From contig JAFLZV010000001.1 of assembly GCA_029785375.1 (NCBI GenBank), positions 12,320-76,319 on the forward strand: DNA of 64,000 nucleotides, in the 5' to 3' direction. How positions within the stretch are numbered: position 1 is the stretch's first letter; every line of letters begins with the position of its first letter. This DNA comes from Nitrososphaerota archaeon (lineage in GTDB: Archaea; Thermoproteota; Nitrososphaeria; Nitrososphaerales; Gagatemarchaeaceae). The position numbers were made by a program, and so were the translations under genes. Of this stretch, positions 45,576-54,824 are shown in pieces. The notes beneath the pieces are model-generated. The model was not told the DNA's origin. It saw only the letters and a list, made by a program, of their open reading frames with translations, and made no database searches.

Positions 45576-47051
45576 CTAGTTCGCGATGTCGAGGGGCTTG
45601 AACCTCTCGACGGTCTCCCTGAGCTCTGCTCCGAGACGTTTCTGCCACTCCTCGAACCCCTGCGGGGCAGATGGGTAGGCCAGGTTTATCTCCACGAGGA
45701 CCGCGCTCTTCTTCACCGTATACCTCAGGCCTCTGGCCAGGGAAAGCTGCCCCATGACACGGTACCACATGGCGGGGTTCATGAACCGCGCCTGGTTGAA
45801 CGCAGGGTGCTTCCTCTCGGTGATTGCGGTCACGTCCTCTTCCGAAAGGAAGTGCTTCATACCGTAGTTGATCTGGTCGTTGGTGACTGTCTGAAGATAC
45901 CTCCTGAGGACCTCGAAACTCGCCATGGGATACCCGTGGGTGTTCATGTACTCCACGTTATATTTCCAGAGGCCGGCCTCGCTGGTGTCCCCAGCCTCCA
46001 GGGCCTCGGCCACCACCTTCCCAAGTATCGTACCTCCGTAAATCGACGGGCTGATCCCTCCGGCGTCGATGGGCCGCGGCATCCAGGCGGCGTCGCCCAC
46101 CACGGCGAACCCGTTGGCCACCATACAGTCGTTGTGGCGCCTCACCGGGACCTGCCAGTTCCCCTTCGTGTTCCCTGAGTTGGCGTCGTCTGAGGGCTGT
46201 CCGTAGTTCTTGATGACCGGGTTCTCCGCGAGGTACTTGTCGATGAGACTCTGGAGGTTGTCGTTGAGGCCGAAGCGCCTATTCCGCCTGGCGAGCCCCG
46301 AGTGTGAGACCCCGAGACCGATGTTCACCTTCTTCTTTCCCTTTGGGAACACCCAGGCGTACCCTGCCGGGGCGATGAACTGGTCGAGATGTATGATGCA
46401 GTAGTCGGGGGAGAAGAACGAGGGCTGGTCGGCCGCGGGCTCGAAGTCTAGGATGTACCTGCCCGTCCCGACCACGTCGTCCGGATCGATCTCCTTTTCG
46501 ATCTTCGTAGGTATTGGCATGAAACGCCTCAGCGTTGAGGAGGAGCCGGTGGCGTCGATGACGACCTTGGCAGTCAGGGTGAAAGCAGACCCGTCGGCCT
46601 TCCTCCCCGAGACCCCTGTGATCCTCCCGTCATCTGCCAGCAGTCGCTCGGCTGTCGCCCCGAACATGAGCTCTGCGCCGTTCTTCCTGGCGTCGCTGAC
46701 CTGCCTCCTCGGCGCAAGTTTGCGGTTGAAGAGGTACCCCTCGCCTTCGAAGAGGACCTTCGTCTGCCGGTCAGGGGAGTAGACATAGACCCCTTTGACG
46801 GGGTGCTCGAGCTCAGGGGAGCCGTACCGGATCCCTATGTGCTCCGCAAGATAGTCCAACGAACGCTTGCTGGTGGCGTCGCCGCAGGTCCAGCCGTTGT
46901 TGGTCTTCTTGCCCGGCTCGTCCTGCTTGTTCCTGTCTATGACGAGTATCTGCGCCTTCCCCTTTGAGTGGTGCCCTATGGAGGCCGCGGTGATCAAGCC
47001 GGCCATCCCGCCGCCCGCTATGATGACGTCGTAGTCAGGGTTCCCTTGCAA
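45576..47051 (-). CDS. FAD-dependent oxidoreductase, geranylgeranyl reductase family
   Basis: YDVIIAGGGMAGLITAASI dinucleotide-binding motif, VVIDATGSSS. 491 aa. Confidence 0.7.
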   Translation of the reverse strand: MQGNPDYDVIIAGGGMAGLITAASIGHHSKGKAQILVIDRNKQDEPGKKTNNGWTCGDATSKRSLDYLAEHIGIRYGSPELEHPVKGVYVYSPDRQTKVLFEGEGYLFNRKLAPRRQVSDARKNGAELMFGATAERLLADDGRITGVSGRKADGSAFTLTAKVVIDATGSSSTLRRFMPIPTKIEKEIDPDDVVGTGRYILDFEPAADQPSFFSPDYCIIHLDQFIAPAGYAWVFPKGKKKVNIGLGVSHSGLARRNRRFGLNDNLQSLIDKYLAENPVIKNYGQPSDDANSGNTKGNWQVPVRRHNDCMVANGFAVVGDAAWMPRPIDAGGISPSIYGGTILGKVVAEALEAGDTSEAGLWKYNVEYMNTHGYPMASFEVLRRYLQTVTNDQINYGMKHFLSEEDVTAITERKHPAFNQARFMNPAMWYRVMGQLSLARGLRYTVKKSAVLVEINLAYPSAPQGFEEWQKRLGAELRETVERFKPLDIAN

Positions 47052-47090
47052 TAGTAGTCGTGAACGCTACTAAAATCCTATATAAGAGCT

Positions 47091-47810
47091 TTGCCGTCCT
47101 TTCGGCCTGTTATGCACAGGAGCGACGTCATCGGTGAGCTGCAAGACCTGGGACTCACCAGCTACGAGGCCAGGTGTTACGTCTCTCTGGCGTCACTGGG
47201 GCCGGCCGACCCGGCTCGGGTGGCCGACGACGCAGATATCCCGAAACCGAGCGCTTACACTGCGCTGAGGGTCCTGGCTTCAAAAGGATGGGCAGACCTG
47301 GTGGTGAAGAAGCCGGCGACGTACAGGGCGAAGGCGCCGTCAAGCATCAGGACGATGGTGGAATCGAAAGTCGAAGAGACGTTCGACGCCCTGGAGAAGC
47401 TGTACAGCCCCCAGCCCGCCCAGGAGGCCGAACTGGTCTACACCGTCAGGGGGAGCGAGAAGGTCCGGGCCAAGGTGTACGAGCTGCTCAGGGAGGCGAA
47501 GGAGACTGCGATCCTTGTGGCGCCAGCCATGGGACTGGAAGACGCGAAGACCATGGAGCTCCTGTCTGGGGCGGTGCAAAGGGGGGTGAGCGTGAGGGCG
47601 ATATGCGACGACGGAGGGGTCGGGCTCCTGCCGCCCGGAGTGGACATCAGGACGGGGAATCAGGTGGCCTTCGACCTGCTCGTGGACGACAAGGTGGCGC
47701 TGATCGGCCTGCCTGACCACTCGGCCTGTGGATGGATAGACAGCCCGGCCGTGGCGAGCCACTTCAAGCAGTTCCTTGAGCTTCTGTGGAGCACCTCTTC
47801 CCCGGCATAG
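47091..47810 (+). CDS. TrmB-family transcriptional regulator
   Basis: LQDLGLTSYEARCYVSLASLGPADPARVADDADIPKPSAYTALRVLASKGW. Confidence 0.8.
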   Translation: MPSFRPVMHRSDVIGELQDLGLTSYEARCYVSLASLGPADPARVADDADIPKPSAYTALRVLASKGWADLVVKKPATYRAKAPSSIRTMVESKVEETFDALEKLYSPQPAQEAELVYTVRGSEKVRAKVYELLREAKETAILVAPAMGLEDAKTMELLSGAVQRGVSVRAICDDGGVGLLPPGVDIRTGNQVAFDLLVDDKVALIGLPDHSACGWIDSPAVASHFKQFLELLWSTSSPA

Positions 47811-47851
47811 CGCCTCGGTCGGGCGGCCCGCCGACTATAGGCGGAGTCTTC

Positions 47852-48496
47852 CTACTCGCTGGTGAAGATCGACTGGTCCGCGCTGGTGCTCGGGACCTCT
47901 GGGAGCGAGTCAGCCATGCGCTTCTCCGCGACCGCTGAGGCTTCTGCGAGGATCCTGTTGGCTTCTTCGCTGTTCTCCGCCTGGTAGAAGGTCGTCCCCG
48001 TGATCTGGCCGACATCCACCATTACCGAGTTAAGCTGCGCGCCTATCTCCCCCAGGGTCCCCTGGGCGTCTGGCATCGCCTCGCCTAGCGTGGCCCGGAC
48101 GTTCTTGATCACTCCGATGGCGGGGGCGATGGTGGATGCGAAGTCACCGATCTCTGTTACTGTCTGGAGCCGGGTGTTGATCTGCTCCAGAGCTATCCTC
48201 GACTGAGTGACAATCTTCTCCATCTTGCGGACCTCTGCGAGCTCGTTGGAGTATGCCTTGCTCGACTCCTGGTCGTGCGCCTGGACGGCGGTGACCGTCT
48301 TCTTGAATATCGCGCTCTCCCGCAGCTTGAGCCTGCCCATGGCCTGGTCCAGGCGGCCGACCTCCTTGGTCAGCTGATCGGCTGCTTTCTGAATCTGGGG
48401 GCGCATAGGCTGGGGCCCGCGGACCGTCTCGCGGACCATCTTCCCGAATGGCTCCTTCTCCTGTGTCTTCCAGCCCTTTTCGAATTTGTTGCTCAA
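47852..48496 (-). CDS. cdvB: ESCRT-III / Snf7-family (CdvB-like) protein
   Basis: 214 aa helical protein. LRESAIFKKTVTAVQAHDQESSKAYSNELAEVRKMEKIV...LEQINTRLQTV follows the CdvB/Vps2-24 pattern. Confidence 0.6.
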   Translation of the reverse strand: MSNKFEKGWKTQEKEPFGKMVRETVRGPQPMRPQIQKAADQLTKEVGRLDQAMGRLKLRESAIFKKTVTAVQAHDQESSKAYSNELAEVRKMEKIVTQSRIALEQINTRLQTVTEIGDFASTIAPAIGVIKNVRATLGEAMPDAQGTLGEIGAQLNSVMVDVGQITGTTFYQAENSEEANRILAEASAVAEKRMADSLPEVPSTSADQSIFTSE

Positions 48497-48612
48497 CCTT
48501 CGACCCAGACCCGATGTCGCGGGCTGACGACATGACTGACCCAGGCAATTAGCATTGACACTATGCTCAACGATTCACACATGGGTCGGGCGAAAAAACC
48601 TGAGGGAGCTCG

Positions 48613-49002
48613 CTACTGTATCTTGTATCGGGTGGCGACCTTGACTATAAGGAAGACCACGAAGGCGACAATGATGAAGGTGATGACGGCTATGAGGAAG
48701 GCGCCGATTTGGAAGTCCTGTTCCGCATATGTCACGGCATAGGTGCTTAGGTTCCCTATGCCGCTCAGTGGTATGCCGATGGCTGGAAGTATCAGGTCGG
48801 TGACCAGGGCCTGGACCAGGCTCCCGAGGTAGACGCCGAGGATGAAGGCCACGGCGAGGCCGAGGACCTTGTAATTGGTGAGGAATGCCTTGAACTCAGC
48901 GGCGAGACCCTTGGGGGGTGGCGGGGCGGGAGGGGCTGGCTTGGGTGTGAGGAGCTCCCTTATTTTCTGAAGTTCGGCGATGATCTCCTTGTCGGAGGAC
49001 AT
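48613..49002 (-). CDS. mscL: Large-conductance mechanosensitive channel MscL
   Basis: Internal ATG 49002. EFKAFLTNYKVLGLAVAFILGVYLGSLVQALVTDLILPAIG plus a second TM. Confidence 0.75.
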   Translation of the reverse strand: MSSDKEIIAELQKIRELLTPKPAPPAPPPPKGLAAEFKAFLTNYKVLGLAVAFILGVYLGSLVQALVTDLILPAIGIPLSGIGNLSTYAVTYAEQDFQIGAFLIAVITFIIVAFVVFLIVKVATRYKIQ

Positions 49003-49133
49003 CGCAGAATCGGCGCTTTCTGCCGGCTTAAGCGTTAGCTCCCGGCGCACGGTGCGTCCTGCGGCCGAAGCGGGAGCACCAAGCGGACTTACGGTTAATT
49101 CCAGAACATCACAGCCCTTGCACCGGGGCACTG

Positions 49134-50054
49134 ATGGGAGGAAACAGACGGGACTCTGAGACCAGGCAGGGCTACCTCTACGCCATCCTTGGATCAGTCT
49201 GCGCCGGCTCTGTGTCGGCGCTGACAAAGATCTCGCTCGCCAGGAACGGGCCGCTCGTGGTCACAGGGGTAACATTCCTCCTTTCCGGGCTCATCCTGCT
49301 GCTGTATCAGCCCAGGAGGAAGCCTCAGCCCGGGAGCTACAGGTACCTCGTCTTCTTCGGGCTCGTGGGGGCGGGCCTCGCTCCGCTGATGTACACCCTG
49401 GGCCTGAACCAGACTACAGTCGTGAACGCCTCCCTCCTGGCCAACGGCGAGGTCCTGTTTACCACCGTAATCGCCTTCGCGATATTCGGAGAGAGACTGG
49501 GGCGTGGACAGGCCGCCAGGGGGCTGCTCATCGTGGCAGGGCTCCTGGTGGTCTCTACCAACCTTGACCTCTCCCACATAGCGTTCCTCCAGGGACTGGC
49601 CGGGAACCTGCTGATTCTTGGCTCCGGGGCAGGGTGGGCGATCGAGAACAACATAATCGTGCTCGCCACGAAGAGGTTCGACACGGCACTTCTGAGCAAG
49701 TTCCGCAACCTCATCGGGGGATGCATCCTGACCGCCATCTTCCTCGTCGGAGGCTTCCCGTTCGGATTCTCTGCCTACTCCTCCGCCGTGATGCTCCTCT
49801 TGGCGCTCACGGTCTCCGGCGCAACGATTTTGTTCATAGCCGCGGTCAAACGACTGGGGGCGATCAGGATGCTGCTCGTATGGTCCACGTCCACGGTGTT
49901 CGGCGCATTCTTCGGGCTCACGGTACTCGGGGAGCAGATCACAGCGGTCCAGGTCTTCGGGGGAGCACTGATCATGCTGGGCGTCTATCTCCTCAGGAGG
50001 GGCGAGAAGACCCCGGAGGCCGAGCCCTTCGTAGTAGCGGTGGGGGAACTGTGA
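49134..50054 (+). CDS. EamA/DMT-family transporter
   Basis: 306 aa, 10 TM, two EamA repeats. Confidence 0.8.
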   Translation: MGGNRRDSETRQGYLYAILGSVCAGSVSALTKISLARNGPLVVTGVTFLLSGLILLLYQPRRKPQPGSYRYLVFFGLVGAGLAPLMYTLGLNQTTVVNASLLANGEVLFTTVIAFAIFGERLGRGQAARGLLIVAGLLVVSTNLDLSHIAFLQGLAGNLLILGSGAGWAIENNIIVLATKRFDTALLSKFRNLIGGCILTAIFLVGGFPFGFSAYSSAVMLLLALTVSGATILFIAAVKRLGAIRMLLVWSTSTVFGAFFGLTVLGEQITAVQVFGGALIMLGVYLLRRGEKTPEAEPFVVAVGEL

Positions 50055-50148
50055 CATTGCCGAAGGGTAGCGTTGCCGCGGGACGACCCGGAAGCAGAGG
50101 GTGCTTTTCCTGGGCTGACCTGCGCTTACAGCCCAAGAAGAGGGCGGC

Positions 50149-51273
50149 TTATCGGTCCGCTTCGACCGGCCAGTAGTTCAGGCTCCAGTAGATCACAGGG
50201 ATGTCTGCTATGTGGACGTTCTTCAGAAGGTGCGGCAGGGCCCTGAGGTTCTTCGCCGAAGGCACCCCGATCTTCAGACGGTAGGGGCGCGGCGAGCCGT
50301 CGCTGACTATGTGGTACGACATCTCCCCCCTGGCAGCCTCTGTCCTGGAGTACACCTCCCCCGCGGGGACCCTCGGCTGTGGGCCGAGCTTGAGGCGCAC
50401 CGGGCCCTGTGGGAGGCCTTTGAGCGCCTGCCTGATTATCTTGATCGACTCGCGCATGTCGAGCAGCGCGACGTAGGCGCGAGCCCAGGAATCCCCCTGG
50501 GTGAGCACCGGCGTCTTGAACTCGAAGTCCGAGTATGAGCTATAGGGTTCGTCCTTCCTTACGTCGAGCGCGAGCCCGGAGGCTCTGGCGACGGTCCCCG
50601 TTGCGCCGAAGGCGATGGCGTCATCCCTGGACAGGACGCCGACGCCGTCCGATCTCTGGTGGACCATGGGGTTGTCGTAGAATATCTTCTCGTACTCGCC
50701 CATGCGCTTCTCGAACCAGTCACAGGTCTTGAGCCCTTTCTCGATGGCGAACTCCGGGATGTCGTTCCTCACTCCGCCAGGGATGATGTAGGCGAAGGTC
50801 ACCCTCGCGCCCGCTATCCTCTCGCCGAGGTCAATCCAGAAGTCCCTGTCGCCCATGCACCAGGTGATCATCGTGGTGTGGCCCAGGAAGAGCCCCTGGA
50901 TGGCGATGAAGTACATGTGCGAGATGATGCGGTTGATCTCAGACATGATGACCCGGAGGTACTGCGCTCTGGGGGGGACCTTGCTGTTCATGAGCTCGTC
51001 GACCCCCAAGGAGTAGGCGAAGAGTATGTTCGAGCTGTCTAGTATCACCGGCCTCTCCAGGTGCGGGACATTCTGGGTGTAGTTCCTGTACTCCCCCATC
51101 TTCTCCTCGCCCCTGTGGACGTAGCCCGCGTCGGGGAGGGCCTTGACGACGTAGTCGCCGTCTAGCCAGAGCCTGATGCGGAAGTGGCCGGCTCCCGGGT
51201 GCTGAGGGCCGAGTGAGACGGCCATGATCCGGTCGGCGTCTGGCGAGTACTCGCTTTCGAGGGTCATTCTCAT
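50149..51273 (-). CDS. nuoD: NADH-quinone oxidoreductase subunit D
   Basis: LGPQHPGAGHFRIRLWLDGDYVV...GYVHRGEEKMGE. Confidence 0.9.
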   Translation of the reverse strand: MRMTLESEYSPDADRIMAVSLGPQHPGAGHFRIRLWLDGDYVVKALPDAGYVHRGEEKMGEYRNYTQNVPHLERPVILDSSNILFAYSLGVDELMNSKVPPRAQYLRVIMSEINRIISHMYFIAIQGLFLGHTTMITWCMGDRDFWIDLGERIAGARVTFAYIIPGGVRNDIPEFAIEKGLKTCDWFEKRMGEYEKIFYDNPMVHQRSDGVGVLSRDDAIAFGATGTVARASGLALDVRKDEPYSSYSDFEFKTPVLTQGDSWARAYVALLDMRESIKIIRQALKGLPQGPVRLKLGPQPRVPAGEVYSRTEAARGEMSYHIVSDGSPRPYRLKIGVPSAKNLRALPHLLKNVHIADIPVIYWSLNYWPVEADR

Positions 51274-51860
51274 CTACCTGGCGAAACGTAGTCTTTACGG
51301 AGGGGCGGCAGGTCGTTCCAGTCCTCCGGGAGAAAGAGGTGGCTCTGGTCGGGGTGGCCCTGGAAGTTGAGCCCGAACATCTCGTGCGTCTCGCGCTCGT
51401 GGTACTCCGCGCCCCTCCATACCCCAATCAGGGTTGAGACGACCGGATTGTCCCTGGGCACCCTCTCGGAGAGGGCCAGGACGAACCCCTCCTGGCCTGG
51501 GACCGTGGAGCCAACGAAGTAGACGACTTCAAGCGCGTTCTTCGCAATCCAGTCGACCCCGCTTACCGTGCTGATGTGGTCGAACCCGAGCGAGTCCCTG
51601 GCGAAGAGCGCCACGTCCTTGATCATGCTCGCCGGGGCGGAGACCTTCAGCCGGCGCGGCTTGACCCACTCCAGCTTCGTCCCTGGGTGCTTCGACGTTA
51701 TCTTGTCGGCGATGGCCTTTGCCCTGTCCAAGTCCGGATTTGCAGCAGGGGCGGCCGCCGGGGCAGAGCTGGGCGGAGCATTGGCCGGCTGCGGCGGAGC
51801 CACGGCCGGGGAAGGAGCGGGATTGGCTGGCTGACTGGCCTTGCTCATGGGTATCGTCAC
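51270..51860 (-). CDS. nuoC: NADH-quinone oxidoreductase subunit C, with a Pro/Ala-rich N-terminal extension
   Basis: ISTVSGVDW...WRGAEYHERETHEMFGLNFQGHPD. The first 45 aa or so are low-complexity P/A. Confidence 0.85.
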   Translation of the reverse strand: MTIPMSKASQPANPAPSPAVAPPQPANAPPSSAPAAAPAANPDLDRAKAIADKITSKHPGTKLEWVKPRRLKVSAPASMIKDVALFARDSLGFDHISTVSGVDWIAKNALEVVYFVGSTVPGQEGFVLALSERVPRDNPVVSTLIGVWRGAEYHERETHEMFGLNFQGHPDQSHLFLPEDWNDLPPLRKDYVSPGR

Positions 51861-52384
51861 CGGCCGCTGAGCGTGGGCATCCTTCGGATCTTCTCCTGCA
51901 GTAGGACTATCCCTTGGATCAGCGCCTCGGCCCTCGGAGGGCAGCCCGGGACATACACGTCCACCGGTATGATGTCGTCGATGCCCCTGAGGACGTTATA
52001 GGAGTCGAAGTAGAGCCCGCCCGTTATGGAGCACGCTCCCATGGCGATGACCCACTTCGGCTCTGCCATCTGGTCGTAGATGAGCTTCAGCCTAGGGGCC
52101 AGCTTCCTGGTCACCGTCCCCATGACTATTATGAGGTCGCAGGCGCGGAGAGAGCCGAATGCCTCTAGCGTGCCGAAACGCTCTATGTCGAAACGGGACC
52201 CCGCGGCGGCACCTACCTCGACTGAGCAGCAGGCTGTCTCTAGATGGACGGGCCAGAGCGAATAGAGGCGTCCCCAGTTTGCCAGGTAGCGCAGGGGGTC
52301 ACCTATGGCGTACTGAAGGACGTCGTCTATCTTGCCTACGAGGACCTGGAAAGTCCCCGCCTTCTGCTGCTGGGCGACTACCAT
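51857..52384 (-). CDS. nuoB: NADH-quinone oxidoreductase subunit B
   Basis: TACCSVE, AMGACSITGG, VYVPGCPPR Fe-S ligand motifs. Confidence 0.9.
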   Translation of the reverse strand: MVVAQQQKAGTFQVLVGKIDDVLQYAIGDPLRYLANWGRLYSLWPVHLETACCSVEVGAAAGSRFDIERFGTLEAFGSLRACDLIIVMGTVTRKLAPRLKLIYDQMAEPKWVIAMGACSITGGLYFDSYNVLRGIDDIIPVDVYVPGCPPRAEALIQGIVLLQEKIRRMPTLSGR

Positions 52385-52758
52385 AGCTCTCTCTTCCCCG
52401 CGAGGAACAGGGCGAAGCCCATTGGGATGAAGAGCATCCCCATGAAGAGCGTCACCGTCCAGTCGGAAGACAGCCCTAGGGCGAGCGGCTTGTAGGCCGA
52501 CGCCCAGGCGTAGAGGAACATAGAGAGGACGTCGAACACTATGAACATGAGGAGGTAGGCGTAGTACTGCATCATGAAGTGCATCTTGCCGGCGCCCTGG
52601 GGGACTTGGCCTGCCTCGAAGGGGAGGTTCTTGATCGGGTTGGGCCGCCTGGGCGCGAATAGGCGCGGGATTATCATGACCAGCCCCGTGAGCCCCACCG
52701 CGACGAGGGCCATGACGAAGATTATCCCGATGTCGCCGAAAAGAGCCATTCTCAGCAT
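52378..52758 (-). CDS. nuoA: NADH-quinone oxidoreductase subunit A
   Basis: 126 aa, 3 TM, FEAGQVP motif. First gene of the nuoABCD run. Confidence 0.85.
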   Translation of the reverse strand: MLRMALFGDIGIIFVMALVAVGLTGLVMIIPRLFAPRRPNPIKNLPFEAGQVPQGAGKMHFMMQYYAYLLMFIVFDVLSMFLYAWASAYKPLALGLSSDWTVTLFMGMLFIPMGFALFLAGKRELW

Positions 52759-53046
52759 CCAGAGGCCTCTTACGTTATTTAAGATAATCTGCTACGGTGG
52801 GCAAATACTCAGGGTGCGAAGGTGCAAGGGAAGCACGTACCTACGTCTCTCGTTCAAGCCAAGGAAGGTCCACACGACGGTGGAACCTAGGAACGCACCG
52901 ATGCGAGCCAATCGGCGCATAAGCCTGTTTCTCCACCCTGAAGTCCAGCGGAGAGTCTTCTAAGACGACACGCTAGACGCTCACTACAGCGAGCGAGACG
53001 CTATCTGGACTTTGGACCCCAGGCGACGGACCACGCCCTCGACGGC

Positions 53047-53472
53047 CTAATCGACGCCGTGGACCTCTTGGTCTTCTTCCCTGAGGAACGAGTTGAGCAG
53101 CTTTCCCTCGCGGAAGAAGTCTTTGATGGAGAGGACCCCGAACAGGGTCCCGTCGTCGTTCTCCACCACCAGGTGCCTTATACCGTTGTCCGCCATGAGC
53201 CTGACCGCCGTGGAGGCTCTGTCAGACCGCTTGACGCTGATCAGCTTCTTTGTCGACACGGCGTCCAGCCGCCCCGAGAGGGCCACCCCCTTCGCCACGG
53301 CCCTGACCACGTCCCTTTCGGAGAGCACGGCCTCTGCCTTCACCGGGCTCACAGAGGGCGCTACCACCAGGAGGCCGATCTTCTCCCGGGCGAAGACTTC
53401 TGCGGCCTGTTTTATGGTCGCCCCTGGGCTTATGGTAACCGGCCTGCGCTTGACCAGGGCCTCGACCCTCAA
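53047..53472 (-). CDS. CBS-domain pair protein
   Basis: VTISPGATIKQAAEVFAREKIGLLVV ... AVRLMADNGIRHLVVENDDGTLFGVLSIKD. Putative TTG start overlaps the citrate synthase stop (TTGA). Confidence 0.65.
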   Translation of the reverse strand: MRVEALVKRRPVTISPGATIKQAAEVFAREKIGLLVVAPSVSPVKAEAVLSERDVVRAVAKGVALSGRLDAVSTKKLISVKRSDRASTAVRLMADNGIRHLVVENDDGTLFGVLSIKDFFREGKLLNSFLREEDQEVHGVD

Positions 53473-54716
53473 GGCCTCAGCCCCTTGGAGGTTCGACCTT
53501 CTATGGAGGTGTAGGTCATGAGTTGCGGACCGACGTAGTCCGAGATAGGCCTGATTATCCTGTTGTCGGCGTACTGTTCCAGGACGTGGGCGAGCCATCC
53601 GGGAGCACGGCCTATGGCGAACACCGGGGTGAACAGATACGCAGGCACTCCCATGTGGTTCAAGGCCAGTCCGGAGAAGAGGTCGACGTTGGGGTATAGG
53701 TTCTTCTCCTTCAGGAGTATGGCCTCGATCCGCTGGATGATCTCCAGCGACTCCTTCTCCTTCGGAGTCCGCACGAAGTGCTCTGCCATGTCGCTCAGGA
53801 TCTTCGCCCGCGGGTCCATGGTCTTGTAGACCCTGTGACCGAAGCCGTTGATCTTCGCCTTGCTGGCCAGCTTCCCGCGGATGTAGGCGTCCACCTTGGC
53901 CGGGGAGCCGATTTCTGCGGTCATCTCGACCACCTTCTCGTTGGCCCCGCCGTGGAGCGGGCCCTTGAGAGCCCCCACGGCTCCGGTGACGGCCGAATAG
54001 ATGTCCGAGAGGGTCGAAGCTATGACCCGGGCGGTGAAGGTCGAAGCGTTAAACTCGTGGTCCGCATGGAGGATCAGTAGGACGTCCATCAGCCTCGAAT
54101 CCTCTTCGGATGGGACCTTGCCTGACAACATATAGAGGAAATTGGCCGCGAAGGAGAGGTCTTCGCGCGGGGCGACCACCTCCTGGTCGTGCTTGTGCCT
54201 GTGGATCGCCGCCACCATCGTCCCCATCTTCGCCGCAATGGACATGGCTTTCTCCTGCTGCGAGTACATCGGGTCGTCAAAGACCCCGAGGGCAGCAACC
54301 CCGACCCTCAGCGCGTCCATGGTGTCGCAGTTCTGAGGGAGGGTGGTGAGGATCGACACCAGCTCGCGCGGTATCGCGCGCTTAGAATCGAGCTCCTCGC
54401 TGAAGCCTTTGAGCTCGTTCACGGTCGGGAGATGGCCGTTCCAGAGGAGGAACGCCGTTTCCTCGTAATTGGAGTGAGTCGTCAGGTCTGCTATGTCGTA
54501 GCCGCGGTAGAGCAGGCGTCCCTCGTGGCCGTCGATGAAGGTGATGGAGCTCTTCCCGGCGACGACGTCCTCGAGCCCCTTCGCCTGGGTGGTCAGGCGC
54601 TGGATGATCTGGTCCATGGTCTCAGAATATTTGCCGAGCGATGCGAGCTTGGAGTAGGTATCCCTCGACAGCTTCACGGTCGTAGAATCTGATTCTGGGT
54701 TCTTGGGCATCGGCAT
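53469..54716 (-). CDS. gltA: Citrate synthase with an N-terminal extension of about 35-40 aa
   Basis: KGLEDVVAGKSSITFIDGHEGRLLYRGYDIADL, LILHADHEFNAST, GPLHGGANE, GFGHRVYKTMDPRA. The extension is discussed under findings. Confidence 0.9.
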   Translation of the reverse strand: MPMPKNPESDSTTVKLSRDTYSKLASLGKYSETMDQIIQRLTTQAKGLEDVVAGKSSITFIDGHEGRLLYRGYDIADLTTHSNYEETAFLLWNGHLPTVNELKGFSEELDSKRAIPRELVSILTTLPQNCDTMDALRVGVAALGVFDDPMYSQQEKAMSIAAKMGTMVAAIHRHKHDQEVVAPREDLSFAANFLYMLSGKVPSEEDSRLMDVLLILHADHEFNASTFTARVIASTLSDIYSAVTGAVGALKGPLHGGANEKVVEMTAEIGSPAKVDAYIRGKLASKAKINGFGHRVYKTMDPRAKILSDMAEHFVRTPKEKESLEIIQRIEAILLKEKNLYPNVDLFSGLALNHMGVPAYLFTPVFAIGRAPGWLAHVLEQYADNRIIRPISDYVGPQLMTYTSIEGRTSKGLRP

Positions 54717-54824
54717 GACGGCAATATAATCAATATCTTTGGTATATTAGGTTTTGGTAGACTGCGAGGGCGAACCCGATTAGGGCCGACAGGTAAAAAG
54801 GGCACCCATGTAAGGGAAGAGACG

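Noticed and set aside
45550-45768. N-terminal 73 codons of ORF 45151..45768
   Set aside because: They overlap the 3' end of the geranylgeranyl-reductase-like gene in another frame and are Arg/Gly/Pro-rich. The PPOX-like domain begins after GTG 45549.
52759-53046. RNase P RNA: minus strand has CCAAAGUCCAG (CR-I-like) and GAGAAACAGGCUUAU (CR-V-like); plus strand has AGGGUGCGAAGGUGCAAGGGAAGCAC (J11/12-P12-like)
   Set aside because: The two groups of motifs lie on opposite strands. The CR-I-like and CR-V-like strings are only about 85 nt apart. The would-be P4 has an A-A mismatch. AAGUCCAG pairs better with CUGGACUU nearby. Kept only as a generic structured-RNA candidate; an Infernal scan would settle it.
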